IMG/VR virus record: IMGVR_UViG_3300012020_000003
Span: 32,001-96,000 of that record
DNA length: 64,000 bases
Reading direction: 5' to 3' (one strand)
Source: a virus
Lineage: Duplodnaviria; Caudoviricetes
Shown: one piece after another, positions 18,552-29,058 of the stretch
How the letters are laid out: the number at the start of each line of letters is the position of its first letter
How positions within the stretch are numbered: the first letter of the stretch is position 1
Notes under the pieces: model-generated
What the model was told of the DNA's origin: nothing
The model's database searches: none
The model's input: the letters and a program-made list of their open reading frames with translations, nothing else
Translations under genes and position numbers: made by a program

Positions 18552-18883
18552 TGACAAAGGAATTTATAATATGTGCCGCCAACTATTATAATGATGGCGA
18601 AAAATATGTACACCGACCTATTAATATTGAGTATGGATATATAATCTGTGGCAGGAGACATCATAATTGTATGGTCACCTTGACTCAGATAGTAGGATTT
18701 CCATATAATGAACGGGCTTTAGAAATAAAACAAACGGAAGTCCAAGGGTTCTTAACCAATACAAATAGGTTTGTAGATAGAAAAGAAGCCTATAAGATAG
18801 CTTTTGATGCCAATCAAATAATTGGACCTAATAAAGGGATTCCAGAAAACGACATTGGATTAACCAGTGAAGATTTATATTAA
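18551..18883 (+). CDS. Hypothetical phage protein
   Basis: ICAA..GRRH..QGFLTNTNRFVDRKEA..LTSEDLY, a pattern typical of a widespread phage family. Confidence 0.7.
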   Translation: MTKEFIICAANYYNDGEKYVHRPINIEYGYIICGRRHHNCMVTLTQIVGFPYNERALEIKQTEVQGFLTNTNRFVDRKEAYKIAFDANQIIGPNKGIPENDIGLTSEDLY

Positions 18884-18962
18884 CAAAAATTTAACATTAA
18901 TAATTTGAATATTTGATTTACATACCGTATCTTTGTATTGTAAATAAAAATAAATAAATAAT

Positions 18963-19211
18963 ATGTCACTTCAAGAACAAATCAACAAATTAGATGCTTT
19001 AATAGCAACTAGAACACAAGTCTTACAAGCGTATAAAGATGCTAAATTAATTGGCAACAAATCCATGATGGAAATATGCAAAAACCAACTTGTTCAAATT
19101 CAAGAAGCTCCAGCCGAAAAGGTAAAGTTACTAAATAAATTTGAACAACGAATCCAGCATGCTGGAGCTAGAATGGAATTTGGCGGATTTACAATTACAG
19201 AAACCTTTTAA
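18963..19211 (+). CDS. Hypothetical protein
   Basis: ORF after promoter TATCTTTG 18928-18935. Confidence 0.6.
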   Translation: MSLQEQINKLDALIATRTQVLQAYKDAKLIGNKSMMEICKNQLVQIQEAPAEKVKLLNKFEQRIQHAGARMEFGGFTITETF

Positions 19212-19221
19212 AAATAATATC

Positions 19222-19551
19222 ATGGGATTTATAAATAGATTAAGAGACAAACTTGGCAGATTCATAAGTTCAAACGAACTTGACATAACACCTATACCAC
19301 CTATAGAACAGGCTGTCGCGGATGCTTCAAGCGCTCTAACTCCTGAATTAGTAACATCGATTCAGACTAAAATTTTCATCAATGATCAAGAAATTGATTT
19401 AACGAATTTAACGGAAGATGATGCTTTGGTATTATTACATTTTGGAATTTTACGTCCTGAACATTTCAGGGCGATTCAGCAAATGGAAGGATGGGATCAA
19501 AATTCTAATGGTGAATACGATGAGTATGACGAAGACGAAGACGACGATTAA
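19222..19551 (+). CDS. Acidic-tailed hypothetical protein
   Basis: Start at ATG19222; ends EYDEYDEDEDDD. Confidence 0.6.
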   Translation: MGFINRLRDKLGRFISSNELDITPIPPIEQAVADASSALTPELVTSIQTKIFINDQEIDLTNLTEDDALVLLHFGILRPEHFRAIQQMEGWDQNSNGEYDEYDEDEDDD

Positions 19552-19576
19552 TAAGTAAACAATTAAATTTTTTATA

Positions 19577-20101
19577 ATGAGAACATTTATTTTCTTTATT
19601 GCATTTGCCTTTATGGCCATTACTTTACCTGCTCAAAATTGTGACCAAATTATTGAAGAAAATCTTCAACTGCGGCAAGTAAATTATGAACTGGTAAGTG
19701 ATTATAACCACTTGGTGAGAACTGAATCAAAACAAAACGATTCGATGTTAGTTTTACTGAACACCTTGAATGATAAGTTTAACCGAGAGCCGTCGGAATT
19801 CAACCTAGGTTTTGGTGTAGCATATCATCAAACTAATGTTATTGATTTTTCGGCTTCCATTTATATCAGTCAGAATTATTTGAATTTTGGATATATTACG
19901 GATAAACGTTTTAAATTCGGAATAGGCCAGGTATTCACAAACAGATGGGCAGCAGATATAAATATAACATTGCCAGCATCAGACAGTGCTCCAGCAGCAT
20001 TTCAAACTAATATACGATACCGGGTTGTTGATAATTTGCAAGTTTCCTTAGGTACTGACACCAAGTCAGGATATACAGTTGGATTAAATTATAATATCTA
20101 A
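19577..20101 (+). CDS. Exported protein with coiled coil and probable outer-membrane beta-barrel
   Basis: Signal peptide, alternating beta strands, C-terminal YTVGLNYNI. Confidence 0.55.
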   Translation: MRTFIFFIAFAFMAITLPAQNCDQIIEENLQLRQVNYELVSDYNHLVRTESKQNDSMLVLLNTLNDKFNREPSEFNLGFGVAYHQTNVIDFSASIYISQNYLNFGYITDKRFKFGIGQVFTNRWAADINITLPASDSAPAAFQTNIRYRVVDNLQVSLGTDTKSGYTVGLNYNI

Positions 20102-20443
20102 TTGTATGAATAGGTTAGAAGAATTTCTTGAAGAGATAAAGGAGTTATCAGATATCGACACGATAAACGATGCCCAAGAGATGCAAGATAGGTTAGAAGA
20201 TATTCATGACCTAGTTGAAAATTTCATGGTTGACATTTTTGATATTGGTACAACTGATGAAGACGAGTAGAGTCGTTTATATTCCTAGATTTACTGGAAC
20301 TGAATGGGTGCCGTGGCAAACTGTCAGGCCAACCCCGGAACAATTTGACAAATGGAATTCACATCCAAGATTAGATTATAATAATATTTTTACGGATGTG
20401 AATTCCTGCCAAACTTTTATTGATACAACATATAATATTCCAA

Positions 20444-21274
20444 ATGGCAAAAATTAATACCAATAAACTTTTAATATCTGAGATTTTTTATTCAGTTCAA
20501 TGCGAAGGACTTTCGACTGGTATTCCGTCAGTATTTATTCGGTTAACAAACTGCAATTTATCTTGTGGGTTTTCACCTAAGTTTGTCAATGATTTTAAAA
20601 AATCCGAAACACAGACGGCTGCCGGAGATATTGTTGGTGATTTAATGTTGGGTGATAAAGCCACTTGGTGCTGCGACACAATGCCAGTCTGGATCAAGGG
20701 TAAGGAATGGGATTTTCAAGAAGTAATTGATTGGTTTAAAGAGCAAGGAATTTATGATGATATTCTCGGTGGATTAATTCATATTATTTGGACGGGTGGA
20801 GAACCAACAATACCGGCTCACCAAGAATCGATTGAAAATTTTACTAGATATTGGGCGTTAAACACCAATGAAAATCTTAGATCAGTTTTTTATGAAATTG
20901 AGACCAATGGGACTATTTCATTCGATGCTATATTTGAGCTTATTGATCAGGTTAACTGTTCTCCAAAATTATCAAATTCTGGAATGCCACCCGTCCAACG
21001 TTTAAGACCTGAAGTCATAAATTCTATTATGACTCATCCCAATTATCAATTTAAGTTCGTAATATCAACCGAAGACGACATTTTCGAAATGTTCGACACA
21101 TACATAAATCCATTAAATATACCACTTAATAGGGTGGTGTGTATGCCAGGATTAGATTCACAAGAAAATTTCCATGAACGAACCAGATGGGTTTTAGAAA
21201 TGGCGAAAAAATATAAATTTATCGGAATGTCTAGGTTGCATATCTCGGCTTGGGATAAGACAACTGGAGTTTAA
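20444..21274 (+). CDS. queE: 7-carboxy-7-deazaguanine synthase QueE-like radical SAM protein
   Basis: SEIFYSVQCEG, FIRLTNCNLSC-(insert)-WCCDT, TGGEP, IETNGT, SPKL, KFV, RLH. Confidence 0.75.
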   Translation: MAKINTNKLLISEIFYSVQCEGLSTGIPSVFIRLTNCNLSCGFSPKFVNDFKKSETQTAAGDIVGDLMLGDKATWCCDTMPVWIKGKEWDFQEVIDWFKEQGIYDDILGGLIHIIWTGGEPTIPAHQESIENFTRYWALNTNENLRSVFYEIETNGTISFDAIFELIDQVNCSPKLSNSGMPPVQRLRPEVINSIMTHPNYQFKFVISTEDDIFEMFDTYINPLNIPLNRVVCMPGLDSQENFHERTRWVLEMAKKYKFIGMSRLHISAWDKTTGV

Positions 21275-21294
21275 TTACTGTTAAAAATAATATA

Positions 21295-21504
21295 ATGAAC
21301 ATACATATTTTTAATATTTTAATATTAATTTTTGGATATTTACTTATCCGTTTTGTAATCTGCAAGGATGATTTTAAAGAATCTAGTTCATCAATGTATG
21401 GACCCACGATAGATTTGGGAGGATGTCTTGGTTATACCGTAATGCTAATCTGGACATTTATATTTCTAATTGTGTTTTATGTATTTGATTTGAACTTATT
21501 ATAA
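21295..21504 (+). CDS. Small membrane protein
   Basis: Two hydrophobic segments. Confidence 0.55.
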   Translation: MNIHIFNILILIFGYLLIRFVICKDDFKESSSSMYGPTIDLGGCLGYTVMLIWTFIFLIVFYVFDLNLL

Positions 21505-21540
21505 TTCTAATAAAATTAATAACAAAAACAATTTATTAAA

Positions 21541-21750
21541 ATGAATTCTGAAATTTTTTGGAAATATGTTGGTATTATCCTTATGGTTGTATGGATATCA
21601 TATCAAATATTAATGCCAATTTTAAAATGGTTTGGAATCATCACTGTTTCCTGGTGGGTATGTTTTATACCATTGTTCATAGTAATCTTATTTTTTGCTT
21701 GGTTTGGGTTCTCATTCATCTCAGGCGGAGGAATACGTTATAATATGTAA
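21541..21750 (+). CDS. Small membrane protein
   Basis: LKWFGIITVSWWVCFIPL transmembrane motif. Confidence 0.6.
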   Translation: MNSEIFWKYVGIILMVVWISYQILMPILKWFGIITVSWWVCFIPLFIVILFFAWFGFSFISGGGIRYNM

Positions 21751-21753
21751 GCC

Positions 21754-22665
21754 ATGCACCATACAATAACGAAATATCCAGATGGGTTTGTTTATGCAGA
21801 GATACCTGATTCGATTACTAAGGAAACGGTATTTAGAATAAATAGTCCAGAAGAGCTATGGCATCTTAATCATTTTGTCGATGCGTATCAAGCAAAACAT
21901 AAAACTCGTCCATCTAGACGAGCTCGTCCAACTATTATTATTCCAAATCTTCCCGATGCTCAAGCTGATAGGAGATTTAAACCTAACCAATCGTATGGGT
22001 TGAAATTAGTTGGAAATTTTCTAAATAATATGAAAGCGAATTTCAAAATTTTTCATCCACATAACCAAGAAGCTGTAACAGCCTTGATGAAAAATGTAGA
22101 AATTATTGATAACAGTGCTTTCATATCTAATGTTTTTGATTCCTTATATAATTGGGGATCTGTAAGAACAGGGTTTCCTAGAAGGTTTGGCAAAATAGAT
22201 AGCATTAGTGATACAATAGTTGACGAATTAATTTTAATGTCTTCTGATGCTGGCGGATTCAAACCGTTAATGAAACTTTGTGACACACTTAGGTGGAACG
22301 GAGAAACATTTTCGGCTACGAAATCTAGAAGTTGGAATGAAGTAGATGGTACAAAATTTGTTCAACAAATTGATCGAACTGATTTTGGTGGCAAGCATAT
22401 CCTAATAATTGATGACATCTGTATATACGGTGGGACTTTCAAGGGATTATCTAAAATGCTCAAAGAAAGAAATTGCGGCAAGTTATATTTGGCAGTTTCT
22501 CATATGACTGTGCAAAATTTGGGTGTAGATCCGGTGACCAACTATTTTGACAAAATATTCACCACGAATAGTAAATATGACAAATATTTCTGTGATCAAG
22601 CAACTGACGGGTTTATAGGGAAAACCATACCAGAAAATTTAAAAATTATAAAAATATTCAAATGA
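21754..22665 (+). CDS. Ribose-phosphate pyrophosphokinase-like protein (Prs/Adps)
   Basis: DAQADRRF, HPHN, SSDAGG, IIDDICIYGGTF PRPP-binding loop, AVSH. Confidence 0.85.
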   Translation: MHHTITKYPDGFVYAEIPDSITKETVFRINSPEELWHLNHFVDAYQAKHKTRPSRRARPTIIIPNLPDAQADRRFKPNQSYGLKLVGNFLNNMKANFKIFHPHNQEAVTALMKNVEIIDNSAFISNVFDSLYNWGSVRTGFPRRFGKIDSISDTIVDELILMSSDAGGFKPLMKLCDTLRWNGETFSATKSRSWNEVDGTKFVQQIDRTDFGGKHILIIDDICIYGGTFKGLSKMLKERNCGKLYLAVSHMTVQNLGVDPVTNYFDKIFTTNSKYDKYFCDQATDGFIGKTIPENLKIIKIFK

Positions 22666-22895
22666 ATTTGCGTAAATTAAATAAAATGTTCAGGATTAAT
22701 CCATTATATGAAGCTGATGGATATAAACCTGGGCATAAAGACATGTTAGCGCCTAATACCACCAGACTTTACGGAACTTGGATTCCAAGAAGTCTAAAAT
22801 ACATGGATAAGAATATAACTAAAATTATGCCACAAGAGGTCATGAAAATTGAATGGACCAGAAACGAGCTGCAGGCAATTGTCTCTAGTAATTGA
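22662..22895 (+). pseudogene. Truncated N-terminus of nicotinamide phosphoribosyltransferase (Nampt/Namat)
   Basis: NPLYEADGYKPGHKDM...LYGTWIPRS matches the Nampt N-terminus, but the ORF stops at 77 aa. Confidence 0.7.
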
Positions 22896-22905
22896 CAAGG
22901 TTGAA

Positions 22906-23964
22906 ATGAGTAAAGAACCTATATTTAATTCAACGATTGCCGCCGAATTATTAGATAAAAAATTAGTTCGACGACAAACCCACCCAGAATTGCCATTAAC
23001 AATTTGGAATTATACCCAACAAGCTCAGTTTGAGAAAGCTTGGGATGAATATCCGATTCTATTACAGTTGCGTGGCCTAGTTACTGATAATGAATTCAAT
23101 ATAGTAGCCAGGCCATTCAAAAAGTTCTTCAATATTGAAGAAAACCGACATATACCAACTAATGGATATGATGTCTATGCGAAAATGGATGGATCATTGG
23201 GTATCATATTCAATTATGCGGGAAAATGGCATTGTGCTACTCGTGGATCGTTCACTTCTGACCAAGCAATTAAAGGATCCGAATTGATGCAGCCATATTT
23301 AATGGATTTTGATGATACCTGCACCTATTTATGTGAAATCATTTATAAAAACAACCAGGTTGTTATTAGGTATCCGTTCGAAGACATTATTCTCCTTGGG
23401 GTGATTCATAAAACTGGACTTGAATTAGAGCCACATTCATGCATGCAGCATTCACTGATTAGAAAATGTCCAAAACTCAGATCAAATAAAACTTATTATA
23501 ACAGCAGCACACCATTAGAATCTTTAAAGAATCATATACCAGACGATGAAGAAGGATATGTCGTTAAATTTAAAAATGGAGATCGTTGTAAAATTAAAGG
23601 GGCAAATTATCTACGGTTACATCGAATTTTAACTAATATCACGTCATATTCAATCTGGAATACTGTTAATGATCCTGAATCATTTAGCAGAATATTAGAA
23701 AATATCCCAGATGAAATGTTTGATCCGATATCTATATTTTATACGGCGTTAATAGAAGCATTTGAAGCCCGACGGTATTATTTTCATACACTTGCAGAAG
23801 ACCTTCGTATGAAATATGGTAATGATATGAAAATTATGGCATCCGTAGTTAAAACAACTTATAAAAATGAGTCAGCCATGGTTTTTGCTGCGCTAAATGG
23901 CATGGAAAGTCGGCTGAACGAGCTAATTCACCGAGAAATTAAGCCAAAATATTTTAAATTTTAG
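22906..23964 (+). CDS. RNA ligase 1 (T4 Rnl1-like)
   Basis: WNY, RGLV, RPFKKFFN, KMDGSLG, TRGSF, EEGYVV, KIKG. Confidence 0.88.
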   Translation: MSKEPIFNSTIAAELLDKKLVRRQTHPELPLTIWNYTQQAQFEKAWDEYPILLQLRGLVTDNEFNIVARPFKKFFNIEENRHIPTNGYDVYAKMDGSLGIIFNYAGKWHCATRGSFTSDQAIKGSELMQPYLMDFDDTCTYLCEIIYKNNQVVIRYPFEDIILLGVIHKTGLELEPHSCMQHSLIRKCPKLRSNKTYYNSSTPLESLKNHIPDDEEGYVVKFKNGDRCKIKGANYLRLHRILTNITSYSIWNTVNDPESFSRILENIPDEMFDPISIFYTALIEAFEARRYYFHTLAEDLRMKYGNDMKIMASVVKTTYKNESAMVFAALNGMESRLNELIHREIKPKYFKF

Positions 23965-24037
23965 TTAATTCTTTGTTAAATTGCTCTATATATTTTTCAT
24001 TTTACGATTTTTGTTGTATATTTGTTGAAATTAGTTT

Positions 24038-24508
24038 ATGAAACCAAAAATAGTCATTAATATTGGCATACCAGCGTCTGGAAAATCGACCTGTTCTGCT
24101 GCCATGGTTGAAGACCCTACATGGGTTAAGACTGGTCGAGATGATTTTCGATACATGTTAACAGATAAAGGAGTATGTTCTGGAAAAATCGAACAAATTA
24201 TTACAAAAATTCAGAGAAATTTGGTTTCTGAGTGTGTTAATTCCGGATTAAATGTGATTATTGATAACTGCAACTGTAACTACAATCATATCATATCGTG
24301 GAAAGAATTGGTTGGTGAAACGGCTGACGTTTTTTATAGGCTCTTTCGGATGCCAGTAGAAGCTGCTATAATTATTGATAGCAGGCGAGTCAGATCGGTT
24401 GGGCCAGATGTTATTAAAAAATTTAATGGCATGCTTGCAGCACTAGATTTCGATAAAATTCATAAATTTGGAATTAAAAATTTTGATCAATATGATGAAC
24501 ATCACTGA
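24038..24508 (+). CDS. Polynucleotide kinase, kinase domain only
   Basis: GIPASGKST, RDDFR, IIDN, R..SV; no DxDGT phosphatase domain. Confidence 0.8.
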   Translation: MKPKIVINIGIPASGKSTCSAAMVEDPTWVKTGRDDFRYMLTDKGVCSGKIEQIITKIQRNLVSECVNSGLNVIIDNCNCNYNHIISWKELVGETADVFYRLFRMPVEAAIIIDSRRVRSVGPDVIKKFNGMLAALDFDKIHKFGIKNFDQYDEHH

Positions 24509-24848
24509 CATACTAATAACTTATATGGGCAAAGAATTATCAATTGCCGATTTCGTGAATTATTATAAAAATCCATCGAAATTTGACAAGATTGAATTAA
24601 TTGGAGCATTGGTGTACATAGTCTCAGGAATAAACCGAATAGACTTGCTAAATGAAGATTATGACAGTATCGATGATTTGATGCAAGTAGCCCAAACCAA
24701 TCCAGAATTGGTGAATTTTATGGTCTTAAATTTAATTTATATGCGTGATCTAACGATGGTTCCGGAGTCAATCGTAACTCTATTCGAAACTGATGACGAA
24801 GACGAAAAATATGATTCACTGTATGAATTTTTAAGATTAATACAATAA
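24468..24848 (+). CDS. Acidic hypothetical protein
   Basis: ORF track; true start probably slightly downstream. Confidence 0.55.
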   Translation: MELKILINMMNITDILITYMGKELSIADFVNYYKNPSKFDKIELIGALVYIVSGINRIDLLNEDYDSIDDLMQVAQTNPELVNFMVLNLIYMRDLTMVPESIVTLFETDDEDEKYDSLYEFLRLIQ

Positions 24849-25348
24849 TGCACGACCAGCCCGATTACATTTTAATTAAAACCAAACATGGTTATTTACT
24901 GTCTGGATCTGGGTCATTTAATAACCGTGGATTATTTTATTGTGCTAGAAGAGATATACTCTTCCGAAGCGATCGCTGCGATGTGAATTGTTGTTTTGGC
25001 GATTTCCATATTATAGCAATGGAAAAACAATTGGATTTCTCTAAGTTGTCAAATATCGAACACGCTAGAATATCTTATTTTAAGCCGGATGAATGGGCCA
25101 AACGAGATTTTCCGTTGCCAAGGAAATATACAACCCGTGGAATCCAACCATATCGAGAGCGTCGGCAACCGTATAAAGGATTTAAAAAATTTAATGATGC
25201 GTATATTAAAGGATTCACCCGGGCATTACAAATATGCGGATTAAATATTTCCAATATGCATGGTTATTGGCCTGTAAAAATTATTACTAATGACCAGTCG
25301 TTACCGGTTATTAAAGATGGCAAAATTCAAATTTTACAAATATTATGA
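24848..25348 (+). CDS. Hypothetical protein
   Basis: Coupled ORF. Confidence 0.55.
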   Translation: MHDQPDYILIKTKHGYLLSGSGSFNNRGLFYCARRDILFRSDRCDVNCCFGDFHIIAMEKQLDFSKLSNIEHARISYFKPDEWAKRDFPLPRKYTTRGIQPYRERRQPYKGFKKFNDAYIKGFTRALQICGLNISNMHGYWPVKIITNDQSLPVIKDGKIQILQIL

Positions 25349-25560
25349 ATTATCTCGAAGCCAGAATGAAAGCGTTGACAGTTCCATGGAAAACAGTGCC
25401 ATGTGGTACACCAAATTGCTGGTGCTTAATGATCTATCCCGACAGTTCGATATTTTTTGATGATGAAGAAGAGTATTACATCATTGGATCGGGTGGGGTA
25501 CATTCTGAAATTGCCAACCATATTGTAGCATGTCATAATAATATGTTAAATAAAAGTTAA
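25345..25560 (+). CDS. Hypothetical protein
   Basis: Coupled ORF. Confidence 0.55.
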   Translation: MNYLEARMKALTVPWKTVPCGTPNCWCLMIYPDSSIFFDDEEEYYIIGSGGVHSEIANHIVACHNNMLNKS

Positions 25561-25627
25561 ACTGCATTAAATTATTTATTTTTTGAATTATTTACTTTAT
25601 TTTTGTAAGGTAATTAAAAATAAAAAA

Positions 25628-26143
25628 ATGAATAAGGTTAGTAAACTTTTTAACATAATGAGGCCTATCCAGGTAAATCTAGATATCGATTTTGGAGGCA
25701 CCATTAACGCAGGCGGATGCGCAGTGTTTGCTTATTTATTGGCACAAAAATTAGAACAAAATAAAATACCATTTAAATGGGTAATATATTATTCCGGATG
25801 GCAATCCAAAATACAATCGTTTTCAGACTTATACCATCTGTTGCAAACGAATAGTTCAAATCCATCTAACGTGGAGGATTGTATAGCTGTTCATGTTGCT
25901 ATTAAAGTTGGAAACTTTGTAATAGATGGTAAAGAAACTTTATCAGAACGTTCAAGCTTTAATAAATGGAAAACGGCGTGGCGTGCTGTAAAATACGAAT
26001 TCGTTGCACCAACAGAATTATTTACCGCTACGGTGTTCAATTCCAATTGGAATACTATATACTACGATTATACCGAACGACGCAACGTACTTAAAATTCA
26101 ACGTACACTTGATCAATATTTTAAATATTTTATAACGCTTTAA
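25628..26143 (+). CDS. Hypothetical protein, possible papain/transglutaminase-like fold
   Basis: NAGGCAVFAYLL...HVAIK...IDG suggests a Cys-His-Asp triad. Confidence 0.45.
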   Translation: MNKVSKLFNIMRPIQVNLDIDFGGTINAGGCAVFAYLLAQKLEQNKIPFKWVIYYSGWQSKIQSFSDLYHLLQTNSSNPSNVEDCIAVHVAIKVGNFVIDGKETLSERSSFNKWKTAWRAVKYEFVAPTELFTATVFNSNWNTIYYDYTERRNVLKIQRTLDQYFKYFITL

Positions 26144-26153
26144 ATTTATATAA

Positions 26154-26489
26154 ATGGCAACTACATTTTTAATTATGTTCTATCTTTTTATTTTTGTAAT
26201 GTTAGGAATACATACATACGAAAAGATTAAATATCGAACGTGGAAGATTTCCGAAAGATTACCTAAAGAAGATATGGTAGTATTGTGGTTTCCAGAAGAT
26301 GCTTCCGAACCACTTGAGGGATGGCATGCTGGCGGAACTGGTGATGTTTTAATTATGCAAGATGTAGGATATCCCACAAATGTCAAATATGAATTGAGTC
26401 ATTTTTCACACTGGCGTAGATTCCCAGCATCAGACCATGTCACCGAAGTTGGGCGGAAGATTAGATCTACTAATCCAGAATTGTTTTAA
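26154..26489 (+). CDS. Membrane-anchored DUF551-like protein
   Basis: N-terminal TM; WKISERLP...SHWRRFP. Confidence 0.5.
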   Translation: MATTFLIMFYLFIFVMLGIHTYEKIKYRTWKISERLPKEDMVVLWFPEDASEPLEGWHAGGTGDVLIMQDVGYPTNVKYELSHFSHWRRFPASDHVTEVGRKIRSTNPELF

Positions 26490-26928
26490 GGTGATAATCC
26501 ATAATGATGTTGAGTTAGCTGATGCTAAATTAGCAATACAACAATACGAAGGTACTAAGAGATTAGAATCATGGTCAAGGATGCATGCACAATCGAAACG
26601 TATGCAGGAAGCATGTACTACTATCATTGGACATATATGGAAGCCAGCAACCACCAATAAATATAGTAATCCTGGCGAGAAGTATTGTATTGTATGTTTG
26701 CTTAGTGTCGGATCCGAAGAAACTGGTTAAAAGTTCATCACTATTAATAAACAGTATAATGAAATTAATGGAATTATTATTAGGAAAATACAAAACACCT
26801 AAATGTGATCATCCCGACATTATAGTTGAGATTAGGCGAATTCCTATTAAAAAGGGTCCTGGACATATACCATACCGAGAAACGGTGGTCACTAAACGTT
26901 GCAAAATTTGCAAACAAATAATTGAGTA

Positions 26929-27381
26929 ATGAAAAGTATTATAGCAACATCTAAATATCTTTTTGACCGAGTCTTCGACAAATATAGTATCGAAGAAGCT
27001 GATGATAGGTGTTTCATATCAATTTTAGATGAAGATGAAGAGTCCGCAATTGATACTGACTCAGATAATTTTCTACAAGTCAGAATGTGGGATATCGAAC
27101 GTGACGTGAAGAATCTTGATGGTATAAAATATAGAAAACCGCCGGATGATGCCTTAAAGTCTATAATTGATTTCGTCTATAAACATCGCGATACACAAAC
27201 CTTTATTGTGCATTGTAGCTTAGGAGTATCGAGATCCGGAGCGGTAGCTGAATATATTAGAGATAAATACTATGATGATGTCAATCAACAGAAATTTAAC
27301 GAAGACAATAAATTTATTTTACCAAATAAATATATCAAAACCAGACTTGCAGAATTAGATAACCAATTAAATAAACAGTGA
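26929..27381 (+). CDS. Protein-tyrosine/dual-specificity phosphatase-like protein
   Basis: VHCSLGVSRS (HCx5R), PN motif. Confidence 0.85.
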   Translation: MKSIIATSKYLFDRVFDKYSIEEADDRCFISILDEDEESAIDTDSDNFLQVRMWDIERDVKNLDGIKYRKPPDDALKSIIDFVYKHRDTQTFIVHCSLGVSRSGAVAEYIRDKYYDDVNQQKFNEDNKFILPNKYIKTRLAELDNQLNKQ

Positions 27382-27382
27382 T

Positions 27383-27592
27383 ATGTCGTTTGAAAAAGGA
27401 GATAAGGTTTGTTATTGCCCGCCGTTTAAAGACTCACATGACTATAGAAATGGTATAGTAAAATCCCGATATGATACCACTGACAAATATTTTGTGGCAT
27501 TTTACACCGAAAATGCAGAAACGCCAGTACCACAAATAGTCAGCGGGAAGCATTTGAAAATGGGATGGCAAATTAGTATAAGCTCAGAATGA
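27383..27592 (+). CDS. Hypothetical protein
   Basis: 69-aa ORF. Confidence 0.55.
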   Translation: MSFEKGDKVCYCPPFKDSHDYRNGIVKSRYDTTDKYFVAFYTENAETPVPQIVSGKHLKMGWQISISSE

Positions 27593-27794
27593 ACGGAGAA
27601 ATAAATGATTTGGAATATCGGAAGTTGGTGTCTAAGATGAAGCTTGGAAAAGTTCACGTAAAGACAATATATACAAATTTCTAGATCTTTTTAATTTCTA
27701 AACAATAGATGTTAATGTTTTGTTAATGCTGATAAAAATGCCATTATAATGAATATAATATATTACCTTTGTAAGGTAAATAAAAATAAATATT

Positions 27795-28187
27795 ATGATA
27801 CATTTAACTGTAGATGGCAAATTTCAAACTGAAGCGGAAGCTGTGGCTAATGTAATGTCACAGCAAATTTCAAAACTCATTCCATATAATGGCCGCTTTC
27901 CGGTTTGCGTTAAAATGCAGTTGAGAAAGAATAAGATGTCATATGGTGTACAATTTTGGACTCGTGATCAGATATCATTTGGTACAATTACGAATTCAGA
28001 TGGATCCAAAGCAATTTTATGTAAACGCCCAACAAAAGACATTGTCGATGAAACTTACAATGTACATACTGAGTTGGTTGCATTATTAAAGGAATGCAGG
28101 GATTTGTTAGTATTGTGTACTTTACTGGACAAATCAGGACAATGCCACAATCTAGTTAATAAAATTGATATAAGATTTAATTGGTGA
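27795..28187 (+). CDS. Hypothetical protein
   Basis: ORF after promoter TACCTTTG 27764-27771. Confidence 0.6.
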   Translation: MIHLTVDGKFQTEAEAVANVMSQQISKLIPYNGRFPVCVKMQLRKNKMSYGVQFWTRDQISFGTITNSDGSKAILCKRPTKDIVDETYNVHTELVALLKECRDLLVLCTLLDKSGQCHNLVNKIDIRFNW

Positions 28188-28192
28188 TATAA

Positions 28193-28483
28193 ATGGATAA
28201 CATACCAAATGGTAATTTAAGGAATTTATGGTACCGTCCAGAAACAATGCGACCAAATCTAGGTGAAAAGGTTTTAGTTGAAAGACAGGTAGGTGGCGAA
28301 ATAGATTATGATGTTGCGATTTATGCAATTTCGGAAAATGATAAGCGGAAACATGGGTTTTTTATAAATTCAAATTCGTATTTAAAACTTCCTGAATATG
28401 TCATGTCTCGACAAGCTTTACAATTTTATAATATTACTGCTTGGACTCCAATAATACCGAGTAAATTTAAAACAAAGGTGTAA
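28193..28483 (+). CDS. DUF551-like hypothetical protein
   Basis: W..PE..P...VLV...ITAWTPI. Confidence 0.5.
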   Translation: MDNIPNGNLRNLWYRPETMRPNLGEKVLVERQVGGEIDYDVAIYAISENDKRKHGFFINSNSYLKLPEYVMSRQALQFYNITAWTPIIPSKFKTKV

Positions 28484-29058
28484 TATGCAAATAGGCGATT
28501 TTAATATTAGGTACAATGAACTCCATCCTGATGTATGTTATGCATATGAACTTTTGATGATTCCAACACCGAGAAATATTCAATGTTTACAATGGATGGC
28601 GGAGAAACATTTTTAACATCGGTAACTGATATAAATGGTGAAATGAAATCAATAAAAATCAAATTCGTTGATACATTCCATTCAACTGAAGAAGGTATTA
28701 CAGCGATATCACTAATACCGATGGTCATGGTGTGTTCAAACAATATGATATAACCGAATGCCAAGCTTGGATCGACTATTAACGGTCTATCCTAAAATGG
28801 CCAGGTTAAAACTTATAGCAAATACAATGAAAGGTAAACCACTAAAGGGTAATTCAGAGCAGGGGTATTCCAGCAAAAGTATTCCAGCAAAAAGAGTTTA
28901 ACAGCAATTTGAAAAATTGACTTGCGTAAAAAATACACAATGTGGCCCCAAAACAATGATATTATATATAAGTACATACAGTATATTAGGGGTGTACTGC
29001 TAGTATTATACATTTACTGTATATGTACATACATGTACCCGTGACTTCTTTTTAACCT

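Noticed and set aside
28484-28751. Programmed frameshift gene
   Set aside because: Two short overlapping plus-strand frames exist but no clear slippery site; more likely a decayed gene or a sequence error.
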